Source of the DNA: Centroscyllium fabricii
Lineage: Eukaryota
Length of the DNA stretch: 64,000 bases
Assembly: GCA_051313645.2 (NCBI GenBank)
Contig: JBNRSN020000002.1
Location: 304,544,001 to 304,608,000, forward strand
Direction: 5' to 3'
The position numbers and the translations under genes are program-made. The notes below the pieces were generated by a model. The model searched no databases. It saw only the letters and a program-made list of their open reading frames with translations, and was not told where the DNA came from. Position 1 is the first letter of the stretch, and every line of letters starts with the position of its first letter. Positions 31,601 through 45,753 of this stretch are shown here, one piece after another.

Positions 31601-34600
31601 TATATCCGTGGAATACATCCATGGAACACACCCATGGTATATATCCGTGTAATATATCCGTGGAACATATCCATGGAATATATCCGTGGAACACATCCGT
31701 GGAATATATCCCTGGAACACATCCGTGGAACACACCCGTGGAATATATCCCTGGAATACATCCGTGGAACACATCCGTGGAATATATCTGTGGAATATAT
31801 CCGTGGAACACATCCGTGGGATACATCTGTGGAATATATCCGTGGAACACATCCGTGGAACACATCCGTGGAATATATCCCTGGAATACATCCGTGGAAC
31901 ACATCCGTGGAATATATCTGTGGAATATATCCGTGGAACACATCCGTGGGATACATCTGTGGAATATATCCGTGGAACACATCCGTGGAATACATCCGTG
32001 GAATACATCCAAGGAATATATCCGTGGAACACATTCATGGGATACATCTGTGGAATACATCCGTGGAACACATCCGTGGAATATATCCATGGAATATATC
32101 TGTGGAATACATCCAAGGAATATATCCGCGGAACACATTCGTGGGATACATCTGTGGAATACATCCGTGGAATACATCCGTGGAACACATCCGTGTGGAA
32201 TATATCCGTGGAATATATTCGTGGAACACATCTGTGGAACACATCCGTGGAATATATCCGTGGAATATATCAGTGGAATACATCCGTGGAACACATCCGT
32301 GGAATATATCCGTGCAATATATCCCTGGAACATATCCGTGAAATATATCCGTGGAATATATCCGTGAAACACATCCGTGGAATATATTTGTGGAATATAT
32401 CCATGGAACAAATCCGTGGAACACATCCGTGGAATATATCCGTGGAATATATCCGTGGAACACATCCGTGGGATACATTCGTGGAATATATCCGTAGAAC
32501 ACATCTGTGGAACACATCTGTGTAATTTATGAGTGGAATATATCCGTGGAATACATCTATGGAACATATCCGTGGAACACAGCCGTGGAATATATCCGTG
32601 AAATATATCCGTGGAACACATCCGTGGAACATATCCGTGGAACACATCCGTGGAACACATCCGTGGAACACATCCGTGGAATATATCCGTGGAACAAATC
32701 CGTGGAATACATCCATGGAATATATCCGTGGAATATATCCATGGAATATATCCATGGAATATATCCGTGGAACACATCCGTGGAATAACTGCGTGGAAAA
32801 CATCTGTGGAATATATCCGTGGAATATATCCGTGGAATATAGCCGTAGAATACATCCGTAGAACACATCCGTGGAACACATCCGTGGAATATATCGCTGG
32901 AATACACCCGTGGAACACATCCGTGGAATATATCTGTGGATTATATCCATGGAACACATCCGTGGAACACATCCGTGGAATATATCCGTGGAATACATCC
33001 ATGGAACACACCCATGGAATATATCCGTGTAATATATCCGTGGAACATATCCGTGGAATATATCCGTGGAACACATCCGTGGAATATATCCCTGGAATAC
33101 ATCCGTGGAACACATCCGTGTAATATATCCGTGGAATACATCCGTGGAACACATCCGTGGAATATATCCCTGGAATATATCCGTGGAACACATCCGTGTA
33201 ATATATCCCTGGAATACATCCGTGCAACACATCCGTGGAATATATCCGTGGAATACATCCGTGGAACACACCTGTGGCACACATCCGTGGAACACATCCG
33301 TGGGTTACATCTGTGGAATATATCCGTGGAATACATCTATGGAACACATCCGTGGAATATATCCGTGGAATATATCCGTGGAATAGATCCATGGAACACA
33401 TCCGTGGAATATATCCGTAGAACACATCCTTGGAACACATCCGTGGAATATATCTGTGGATTATATCCATGGAACACATCCGTGGAACACATCCGTGGAA
33501 TATATCCGTGGAATACATCCATGGAACACACTCATGGAATATATCCGTGGAATATATCCGTGGAACACATCCATGGAATATATCCGTGGAAGATGTCCGT
33601 GGAACACATCCGTGGAATATATCCGTGGAACATATCCGTGGAACACATCCGTCGAATACATCCGTGGAATATATCCGTGGAATATATCCGTGGAACACAT
33701 CCGTGGAATATATCCGTGGAACACATCCGTGGAACACATCCGTGGAATACATATGTGGAACATATCCGTGGAACACATCCGTGGAACATATCGGTGGAAC
33801 ACATCCGTGGAACACATCCGTGGAATACATCTGTGGAACAAATCCGTGGAATACATCTATGGAATATATCCGTGGAACACATCCGTGGAACATATCGGTG
33901 GAACACATCCGTGGAACACATCCGTGGAATACATCTGTGGAACAAATCCGTGGAATACATCTATGGAATATATCCGTGGAATATATCCATGGAATATATC
34001 CATGGAATATATCCGTGGAACACATCCGTGGAATACCTGCGTGGAAAACATCTGTGGAATATATCCGTGGAATATATCCGTGGAATACATCCGTGGAACA
34101 CATCCGTGGAACACATCCGTTGAATATATCACTGGAATACATCCGTGGAACACATCCGTGGAATTTATCTGTGGATTATATCCATGGAACACATCCGTGG
34201 AATACATCCGTGGAATATATCCGTGGAATACATCCATGGAACACACCCATGGAATATATCCGTGTAATATATCCGTGGAACATATCCGTGGAATATATCC
34301 GTAGAACACATCCGTGGAATATATCCCTGGAATACATCCGTGGATCACATCCGTGGAATATATACGTGGAATATATCCGTGGAACACATCCGTGGAATAT
34401 ATCCCTGGAATATATCCGTGGAACACATCCGTGGAATATATCCCTGGAATACATCCGTGGAACACATCTGTGGCATATATCCGTGGAACACATCCGTGGG
34501 TTACATCTGTGGAATATATCCGTGGAATACATCTATGGAACACATCCGTGGAATATATCCGTGGAATATATCCGTGGAATACATCCATGGAACACATCCG

Positions 34601-37600
34601 TGGAATATATCCGTAGAACACATCCGTGGAAACCATCCGTGGAATATATCTGTGGATTATATCCATGGAACACATCCGTGGAACACATCCGTGGAATATA
34701 TCCCTGGAATACATCCGTGGAACACATCCGTGGAATATATCCCTGGAATACATCCGTGGAACACATCCGTGGAATATATCTGTGGAATATATCCGTGGAA
34801 CACATCCGTGGGATACATCTGTGGAATATATCCGTGGAACACATCCGTGGAATACATCCATGGAATATATCCGTGGAATACATCCAAGGAATATATCCGT
34901 GGAACACATCCGTGGAATACATCCGTGGAATACATCCAAGGAATATATCCGTGGAACACATTCATGGGATACATCTGTGGAATACATCCGTGGAACACAT
35001 CTGTGGAATATATCCATGGAATATATCTGTGGAATACATCCAAGGAATATATCCGCGGAACACATTCGTGGGATACATCTGTGGAATACATCCGTGGAAT
35101 ACATCCGTGGAACACATCCGTGTGGAATATATCCGTGGAATATATCCGTGGAACACATCTGTGGAACACCTCCGTGGAATATATCCGTGGAATATATCAG
35201 TGGAATACATCCGTGGAACACATCCGTGGAATATATCCGTGCAATATATCCGTGGAACATATCCGTGAAATATATCCGTGGAATATATCCGTGAAACACA
35301 TCCGTGGAATATATCTGTGGAATATATCCATGGAACACATCCGTGGAACACATCCGTGCAATATATCCGTGGAATATATCCGTGGAACACATCCGTGGGA
35401 TACATTCGTGGAATATATCCGTAGAACACATCTGTGGAACACATCTGTGTAATTTATGAGTGGAATATATCCGTGGAATACATCTTTGGAACATATCCGT
35501 GGAACACAGCCGTGGAATATATCCGTGAAATATATCCGTGGAACACATCCGTGGAACATATCCGTGGAACACATCCGTGGAACACATCCGTGGAATATAT
35601 CCGTGGAACAAATCCGTGGAATACATCCATGGAATATATCCGTGGAACAAATCCGTGGAATACATCCGTGGAACACATCCGTGGAATATATCCCTGGAAT
35701 ACATCCGTGGAACACATCCGTGGAATAAATCCCTGGAATACATCCGTGGAACACATCCGTGGAATATATCTGTGGAATATATCCGTGGAACACATCCGTG
35801 GGATACATCTGTGGAATATATCCGTGGAACACATCCGTGGAATACATCCATGGAATATATCCGTGGAATACATCCAAGGAATATATCCGTGGAACACATC
35901 CGTGGAATACATCCGTGGAATAGATCCAAGGAATATATCCGTGGAACACATTCATGGGATACATCTGTGGAATACATCCGTGGAACACATCCGTGGAATA
36001 TATCCATGGAATATATCTGTGGAATACATCCAAGGAATATATCCGCGGAACACATTCGTGGGATACATCTGTGGAATACATCCGTGGAATACATCCGTGG
36101 AACACATCAGTGTGGAATATATCCGTGGAATATATCCGTGGAACACATCTGTGGAACACCTCCGTGGAATATATCCGTGGAATATATCAGTGGAATACAT
36201 CCGTGGAACACATCCGTGGAATATATCCGTGCAATATATCCGTGGAACATATCCGTGAAATATATCCGTGGAATATATCCGTGAAACACATCCGTGGAAT
36301 ATATCTGTGGAATATATCCATGGAACACATCCGTGGAACACATCCGTGCAATATATCCGTGGAATATATACGTGGAACACATCCGTGGGATACATTCGTG
36401 GAATATATCCGTAGAACACATCTGTGGAACACATCTGTGTAATTTATGAGTGGAATATATCCGTGGAATACATCTTTGGAACATATCCGTGGAACACAGC
36501 CGTGGAATATATCCGTGAAATATATCCGTGGAACACATCCGTGGAACATATCCGTGGAACACATCCGTGGAACACATCCGTGGAATATATCCGTGGAACA
36601 AATCCGTGGAATACATCCATGGAATATATCCGTGGAATATATCCATGGAATATATCCATGGAATATATCCGTGGAACACATCCGTGGAATACCTGCGTGG
36701 AAATCATCTGTGGAATATATCCGTGGAATATATCCGTGGAATATAGCCGTAGAATACATCCGTAGAACACATCCGTGGAACACATCCGTGGAATATATCG
36801 CTGGAATATACCCGTGGAACACATCCGTGGAATATATCTGTGGATTATATCCATGGAACACATCCGTGGAACACATCCGTGGAATATATCCGTGGAATAC
36901 ATCCATGGAACACACCCATGGAATATATCCGTGTAATATATCCGTGGAACATATCCGTGGAATATATCCGTGGAACACATCCGTGGAATATATCCCTGGA
37001 ATACATCCGTGGAACACATCCGTGTAATATATCCGTGGAATACATCCGTGGAACACATCCGTGGAATATATCCCTGGAATATATCCGTGGAACACATCCG
37101 TGGAATATATCCCTGAAATACATCCGTGCAACACATCCGTGGAATATATCCGTGGAATACATCCGTGGAACACACCTGTGGCATACATCCGTGGAACACA
37201 TCCGTGGGTTACATCTGTGGAATATATCCGTGGAATACATCTATGGAACACATCCGTGGAATATATCCGTGGAATATATCCGTGGAATAGATCCATGGAA
37301 CACATCCGTGGAATATATCCGTAGAACACATCCTTGGAACACATCCGTGGAATATATCTGTGGATTATATCCATGGAACACATCCGTGGAACATATCCGT
37401 GGAATATATCCGTGGAATACATCCATGGAACACACCCATGGAATATATCCGTGGAATATATCCGTGGAACACATCCATGGAATATATCCGTGGAAGATGT
37501 CCGTGGAACACATCCGTGGAATATATCCGTGGAACATATCCGTGGAACACATCCGTCGAATACATCCGTGGAATATATCCGTGGAATATATCCGAGGAAC

Positions 37601-40600
37601 ACATCCGTGGAACACATCCATGGAATATATCCGTGGAACACATCCGTGGAACACATCCGTGGAATATATCCATGGAATATATCCGTGGAACACATCCGTG
37701 GAATATATCCGTGGAACACATCCATGGAATATATCCGTGGAACACATCCGTGGAATATATCCGTGGAACACATCCGTGGAATATATCCGTGGAACATATC
37801 CGTGGAACACATCTGTCCAATACATCCGTGGAATATATCCGTGGAACACATCCGTGGAATATATCCGAGGAACACATCCGTGGTACACAACCGTGGAATA
37901 TATCCGTGGAGCACTTCCATGGAACATAACCGTGGAACACATCCATGGAACACATCCGTGGAACATATCCATGGAACATATCCGTGGAACACAACCGTGG
38001 AACATATCGGTGGAACACATCCGTGGAACACATCCGTGGAATACATCTGTGGAACATATCCGTGGAACACATCCGTGGAACATATCGGTGGAACACATCC
38101 GTGGACCACATCCGTGGAATACATCTGTGGAACAAATCCGTGGAATACATCTATGGAATATATCCGTGGAATATATCCATGGAATATATCCATGGAATAT
38201 ATCCGTGGAACACATCCGCGGAATACCTGCGTGGAAAACATCTGTGGAATATATCCGTGGAATATATCCGTGGAATACATCCGTGGAACACATCCGTGGA
38301 ACACATCCGTGGAATATATCACTGGAATACATCCGTGGAACACATCCGTGGAATTTATCTGTGGATTATATCCATGGAACACATCCGTGGAATACATCCG
38401 TGGAATATATCCGTGGAATACATCCATGGAACACACCCATGGAATATATCCGTGTAATATATCCGTGGAACATATCCGTGGAATATATCCGTAGAACACA
38501 TCCGTGGAATATATCCCTGGAATAGATCCGTGGATCACATCCGTGGAATATATCCGTGGAATACATCCGTGGAACACATCCGTGGAATATATCCCTGGAA
38601 TATATCCGTGGAACACATCCGTGGAATATATCCCTGGAATACATCCGTGGAACACATCTGTGGCATATATCCGTGGAACACATCTGTGGGTTACATCTGT
38701 GGAATATATCCGTGGAATACATCCATGGAACACATCCGTGGAATATATCCGTGGAATATATCCGTGGAATACATCCATGGAACACATCCGTGGAATATAT
38801 CCGTAGAACACATCCGTGGAACACATCCGTGGAATATATCTGTGGATTATATCCATGGAACACATCCGTGGAACACATCCGTGGAATATATCCGTGGAAT
38901 ACATCCATGGAACACACCCATGGAGTATATCCCTGGAATATATCCGTGGAACACATCCATGGAATATATCCGTGGAAGAGATCCGTGGAACACATCCGTG
39001 GAATATATCCGTGGAACATATCCGTGGAACACATCCGTCGAATACATCCGTGGAATATATCCGTGGAATATATCCAAGGAACACATCCGTGGAACACATC
39101 CATGGAATATATCCGTGGAACACATCCGTGGAACAATCCGTGGAATATATCCATGGAATATATCCGTGGAACACATCCGTGGAATATATCCGTGGAACAC
39201 ATCCGTGGAATATATCCGTGGAACACATCCGTGGAATATAACCGTGGAATATATCCGTGGAACACATCCATGGAATACACCCATGGAACACATCCGTGGA
39301 ATATATCCGTGGAACACATTCGTGGAATAAATACGTGGAATATATCCGTGGAATATATCCGTTGGACACATCCGTGGAATATATCCGTGGAACATATCCG
39401 TGGAACACATCCGTCAAATACATCCGTGGAATATATCCGTGGAAAACATCCGTGGAATATATCCGAGGAACACATCCGTGGTACACAACCGTGGAATATA
39501 TCCGTGGAGCACTTCCATGGAACATAACCTTGGAACACATCCATGGAACACATCCGTGGAACATATCCATGGAACATATCCGTGGAACACAACCATGGAA
39601 CACATCCATGGAATACATCTGTGGAACATATCCGTGGAACACATCCGTGGAACATATCGGTGGAACACATCCGTGGAACACATCCGTGGAATACATCTGT
39701 GGAACATATCCGTGGAACACATCCGTGGAACATATCCATGGAACACATCCGTGGAACACATCCGTGGAATATATCCATGGAACACATCCGTGGAACATAT
39801 CCATGGAACACATCCGTGGAACACATCCGTGGAATACATCTGTGTAATTTATCCGTGGAACACATCCGTGGAACACATCCGTGAAACACATCTGTGGAAC
39901 ATATCCGTGGAACACATCCGTGGAACATATCCATGGAACACATCCGTGGAACACATCTGTGGAATACATCTGTGGAATTTATCCGTGGAACACATCCGTG
40001 AAACACATCTGTGGGACATATCCGTGGAACACATCCGTTGAACAGATCTGTGTAATACATCTGTGGAATATATCTGTGGAACACATCTGTGGAACACATC
40101 CATGGAACACATCTGTGGAATATATCCGTGGAACACATCCGTGGAACACCTCCATGGAATACATCTGTGGAACACATCTGTGGAACATATCCATGGAACA
40201 CATCCGTGGAACACCTCCATGGAATACATCTGTGGAACACATCCGTGAAATATATCCAAGAACCACATCTGTGGAATATATCCGTGGAACACAGCCGTGG
40301 AACGCATCCATGGAACACATCCGTGAAACACATCTGTGGAACATATCCATGGAACACATCCGTGGAACACCTCCATGGAATACATCTGTGGAACACATCC
40401 GTGAAATATATCCAAGAACCACATCTGTGGAATATATCTGTGGAACACATCTGAGGAACACATCTGTGGAACACATCCGTGGAACACATCCGTGTAATAC
40501 ATCTGAGGAACACATCCATGAACCACATCCATGGAATATATCCGTGGAACACATCTGTGTAATACATCTGAGAAATACATCTGTGGAACACATCCGTGGA

Positions 40601-41166
40601 ATACATCCATGGAACACATCCGTGGAATACATCCGTGGATCACATCCGTGGAACACATCCGTGTAATACATCTGAGGAACACATCCATGAACCACATCCA
40701 TGGAATATATCCGTGGAACACATCCGTGTAATACATCTGAGAAATACATCTGTGGAACACATCCGTGGAATACATCCGTGGAACACATCCGTGGAATACA
40801 TCCGTGGAACACATCCGTGGAATACATCCGTGGAACACATCCATGGAATACATCCGTGGAACACATCCATGGAATAGATCTGTGGAACACATCCATGGAA
40901 TACATCCGTGGAACACATCCATGGAATACATCTGTGGAACACATCCGTGGAATACATCCCTGGAAAACATCCCTGGAACACATCCGTGGAATACATCCGT
41001 GGAATATATCCAATGAACACATCCGTGGAATACATCTGTGGAATACATCCCTGGAAAACAGCCGTGGAATAAATCCATGGACTACATCCATGGGACACAT
41101 CCGTTGAATACATCTATAGAACACATCCATGGAATACATCCATGAAATACATCCGTGGAATACATC
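7684..41166. repeat. 13-bp tandem satellite array, consensus ATCCGTGGAAYAY, about 33.5 kb and about 2,575 units
   Basis: Directly visible. The main variants end in CAC, TAT, TAC or CAT, and the core variants CCATGG and CTGTGG are frequent. Both boundaries with AT-rich unique sequence are sharp. Confidence 0.99.
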
Positions 41167-41218
41167 TCTGTCTTTAATTTATAACATTTTATTTTTTCCA
41201 TCAACACCATGTAATATT

Positions 41219-41355
41219 TGTAGTGATAGTTACCCTCTGCCCAGTAGGGGGCAACAGAGGATTAACAGGAAGAGAGAGAGATTAAACAAGGCCTCGAGCA
41301 ATGGCTGAACACACACACCACTGTGAGTCTGTCTCAATGTGTTGAACACTCTACA
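41219..41355 (+). repeat. 5' LTR of element C
   Basis: TGTAG...CTACA. By manual alignment it has 7 mismatches in 137 bp against the 3' LTR. Confidence 0.97.
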
Positions 41356-41366
41356 TGGTGTCAGAA
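41356..41366 (+). promoter_or_regulatory. tRNA primer-binding site (TGGTGTCAGAA, probably tRNA-Leu)
   Basis: Starts with TGG immediately after the terminal CA of the 5' LTR. Confidence 0.75.
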
Positions 41367-41524
41367 TTGCAATCTGAACCCACAATAGAACTGACATCCG
41401 CAGTGAAACCAGTCAGCTCCCGGTGAGTGAAAGTTTACAATAGCTGTTTAAGCCACAACTGAGAAAACCAGAAGAGACTGAGAGAGAGAAAGAAAAAGTG
41501 TATTTACCCGATAGTGCTTAGCTT

Positions 41525-44500
41525 ATGATCATGGCCACTCAAAGTCCTGCATTCTTTCAGATTTCTCCCCCCTCCGAGTTTGATTTTATGCGGCCAGAAG
41601 AGTGGCCGTTGTGGATCAGCAGATTTGAACGTTTCAGACAGGCTTCGGGCCTCAATAAACAGGCACAGGAAAAACAGGTTAATACCCTATTATATTCCAT
41701 GGGAGCGGAGGCTGAAGCGATCGTCCGGTGCAGGAATATTACGGCTGATCAACTGAAAAGCTATGACACACTTAAAACGAAGTTGTCTAATCATTTCATC
41801 CCGCGGAGGAATTTGATATTTGAACACGCAAGATTCCATAGGCGCGTGCAGGAGAGAGGGGAATTGTATGACAGCTTCATCAAAGTGCTATATGAGCTCA
41901 TCGAACACTGTGAATATGGAGATATGCAGGATGAACTAATTCGTGACAGATTGGTTGTTGGACTAAAGGATCTTAAACTCTCTGGAAAATGACAGATGGA
42001 TCCAGACCTCACAGTTGACAAAGCAAAAACACAGGTTTTCCAAAGTGAAACAATAAAGAAACAGCAATTAATGCTTCAGAAAGGTAGTAATGAGGAGGAG
42101 GAGTCCATTGAAACCATAAGTGCCACCCGACAAGCAGGTCCCCAAAAACATTTTTCAAACAAATCAAGACAGACTGACTCACGTGAATATGTACAGCGGC
42201 CTCGCACTGGAACTCAAACTGGAACACATTTCCAAGCAGAAAAGCGGAGTTGCAGATGGTGTGGCCGGAGTACACACAATAGACAAATCTGTCCAGCCAA
42301 AGATGTTAGCTGCAGGAATTGCCAGAAAAAGGGGCATTTTGCTGCAGTTTGCTGATCCACACCTGCGGTTGCTGAAATATCAGAGGACAATGACAATGAG
42401 ATAGCGTTCCTGGGGTCAATTGGAAATGGGCAGGACCAGCCATGGACCATCACACTAAGCCTGTGTGGCCACATGACTGAATTCAAAATTGATACAGGGG
42501 CTGATGTCACTGTTATCCCGGAGTGCCTCAACAACGACCTAGGTCTAGAGGCTCTTCAGAGCACCTCTAAGATTCTTCAGGGGCCTGGTCAAGTCCCGTT
42601 GAATGTGAGAGGAAAATTTTCAGCTACCCTGACCCGTGGTCCACGGTCTACAAAGCAGGTTGTGTATGTGGTACGCGGTCTACGGACAGCGCTCCTCGGT
42701 CGCCCCGCCATCATTTCCTGCGTCTGGTGTCCAGGTCGGACCCACATATAGCAGAGACAGTATCTATGGCTCTCGAACGGGAGGTCAGACAACAGTTCCC
42801 CAGACTGTTTCAAAGCAGTGGGCGACTGCAAGAGGAGTATCACATTTGCCTCAAGCCGGAGGCCAAACCTTTTGCTATCTCTACATCCCGACGTGTCTCG
42901 CTCCCCCTTATGACCAAAGCTAAGGAGGAACTCACCCACATGGAGCAACTGGGGATAATTGCAAGAGTTGAGGAACCCACAGCCTGGTGCTCCGGAATGG
43001 TCGTAGTCCCAAAACCCAACGGAAAAATCAGAATCTGTGTAGACCTAACAAAACTCAATGAATGTGTCTGTAGAGAGCTGCATCTCCTACCCTGTGTAGA
43101 GCACACTCTGGGGCAGCTGAAAGATGCAAAGGTTTTTTTACAAAGCTTGATGCTCAATCTGGTTTCTGGCAAATACCCTTGACAGAGGAGTCAAAACATC
43201 TTACCACGTTCATCACGCCATTTGGACGTTACTGTTTCCACAGATTGCCCTTTGGAATATCCTCCGCCCCTGAGCATTTCCAGTGCCGCATGTCCCGCCT
43301 CCTTGAGGGACTTGATGGTGTCTTATGCCAAATGGATGATGTGTTGGTGTTTGGCGCAACCCAAGAACAGCACGATCAGCGACTGTTTGCAATTCTCAGT
43401 AGACTACAGCAAGCTGGACTTACTCTCAACTCCAAATGTGAATTTGCCAAAACACAGGTGAAATTTCTCGGCCAGGTCATCAACGGGACCGGTGTCAGAG
43501 CAGATCCTGACAAAGTCAAGGCCCTCACACACATGGTGCGTCAAGGAATGTATCTGAAATACACCGCTTCATGGGCCTGGTCAATCACTTGGGCAAATAC
43601 ATACCCCATCTAGCCGATAAAACCAAGCCACTCCGGGATTTCCTCAACAGGCAGACCTCATAGTATTGGGGACCCCAGCAGTCCCAAGCTTTCAGTGAGA
43701 TAAAGATGAGCTAACCACCCCGCCAGGCCTTGCACTGTATGACCACAATACACTCATTAAAGTGTCAGCTGACACCTCATCGTTTGGCTTGGGTGCAGTC
43801 CTTTTACAATAGAGACCTGACACCGACTGGTGCCCTGTAGGCTATGCTTCACGAGCCCTTTCAAAAACAGAGCAGCGCTATGCGCAGATTGAGAAAGAGG
43901 CCTTGGCCATTACATGGGCATGTGAGCGCTATAGAGACTTCCTAATGGGCATGACATTCCAGGTCGTAACAGATCACAAGCCCCTCCTTACACTATTGAG
44001 ATCTAAAAACCTGGACAAGTTGTCCCCCCGCATTCAGCGCTTTCGGATGCGACTCATGCACTTTCACTTCACTATATCACATGTGCCAGGGAAGAGCCTA
44101 GCAACTGCCGACGTTCTCTCCAGAGCTCCCTACCAGCCGCTGGTGGATGATTCCTCTGAGGTGCAATGCACAGAGAATTATGTACACTCAATACTCATTG
44201 CTCTGCCCATTACCGAGAAACGCCTGGCTGCACTTCGTCACGTACAGGAAATGGATGAACTATTTTGTCAGGTCTTCACATACTGCCATGAGGGCTAGCC
44301 AGATGATGCAAAACTTGACAACGCTCTTAGACCTTACGCGGCTATTTCAGGTGACCTCACTATTGCACAAGGATTGCTGCTACAAGGGTGTCGGTTGGTC
44401 ATTCCAGCATCAATGCAGAAAGACATTCTGGACAAACTGCATGATGGCCATCAAGGGATCACAAAATGCAGAGCACGAGCCAGGTGTTCTGTCTGGTGGT

Positions 44501-45477
44501 CTGGATTAAGCGGTCAACTACAACATAAAGTACAACAGTGCCCAAGCTGTGCCCAAATGAGACAACAACCACCAGAGCCATTGATTCCAGGTGACACCCC
44601 TGAGGGCCCATGGCAGAAGGTTGGGGCTGATCGATTTCATTTGGATAACTCAACTCACCTGGTAATGTTTGACTACTTCTCTAAGTTCATTGAAGTTATC
44701 AAACTTTCCTCCACCACCTCACATGCAGTCGTTGAGTGCATGAAATCCTGCTTTGCCTGCCTAGGGGTCCCACTGCTGGTCCGAACAGATAACGGCCCCC
44801 AATTTGCCTCGGTCATCTTTCGCTCATTTGCCGACAGCTGGGACTTCACCCATGTCACATCCAGCCCTCTGTATCCTCAAAGCAATGGGGCTGCCGAGCG
44901 CGCTGTCCAGACAGCCAAACATCTTTTTAAAAAGTCACCTTACCCATACCGGGCACTCCTTGCATACCGCTCCACACCTCTTTCTAGCGGGTTAAGCCCT
45001 GCTGAGTTGCTACAAGGCAGGAAACTTTGTACAACCGTGCCAACTATGCCATCACTCCTGACCCCAGGCTGGCCTGACCTCCAGAATTTTACAGACAAGG
45101 ATAAACAATCTAAACTAAGACAACAGGCCAACTTTAACAGGCGCCACAAAGCTAAGCCCTTGTGTCCACTCCTTCCAGGTGACTATGTGTGGATACAGGA
45201 CTCCCGCAAAAGAGGCATTGTGCAAGGACAGGCCAACACCCCAAGATCGTATCTGGTTGATATCCAGGGCCAGATTGTTTGTAGGAACCGCAGACACCTC
45301 GCACTTACACAGCAGCCCCCAGACGCTGATGAGCCTTCCATTCCCGATGACGACAATGGGGATGTCGGTCCTGGAACTCCCCCACCCACAGTGGATACCC
45401 CACCTCCATCGGGTTCCAGACGATACCCTGAAAGGGTCCGGAAGCCTCCTTCATACCTCCAGGACTTTGAAACATGA
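41525..45477 (+). pseudogene. gag-pol: Disrupted gag-pol of element C
   Basis: Contains Gag (WPLWISRFERF, LIRDRLVVG), two CCHC knuckles (CRWCGRSTHNRQIC, CRNCQKKGHFAAVC), protease (KIDTGAD), RT (RICVDL, LPFGISSAP, QMDD), RNase H (TDHKPL) and integrase (LHDGHQG...CPSC, TDNGPQF, NGAAER). Stops occur at 41990 and 42353, and frameshifts near 42715, 43135 and 43535. Confidence 0.95.
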
Positions 45478-45753
45478 ATAGCTTAAGAACCAAGACACCT
45501 CATTGGGTCAGAATAATACCCAAGATACTTTGTGGAGGGTTCAGGCAGTCGTCTTGTCCCTCCAAGCTTACTCTGCTTGTATTATTCATTTTTTAAACAA
45601 AAAGGGAACGAGAGATGCATTAGCGATGTTATATTTGTTAGAGTTGTTATGATGTTTGTTAGAGTTTGTTATTTCTTAAGCACTGTAAAAAGTAATGATT
45701 TGAAAATGTTAACAGTAATGGAATAGTTTTCAAAGTATGTTTAGAAAGGGAGA

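Noticed and set aside
7642-41139. Hundreds of long ORFs (up to 1558 aa) with 13-aa repeats such as HIRGIYPWNTSVE and STDVFHGYIPRMC
   Set aside because: The 13-bp consensus has no stop codon in any frame on either strand, so three units give a 13-aa repeat in all six frames. ORFs start and stop at chance variants and contain no unique domain.
7684-41166. CRISPR array or telomeric repeat
   Set aside because: There are no unique spacers and no cas genes, the context is eukaryotic, the unit is not TTAGGG, and the array is flanked by ordinary sequence on both sides.
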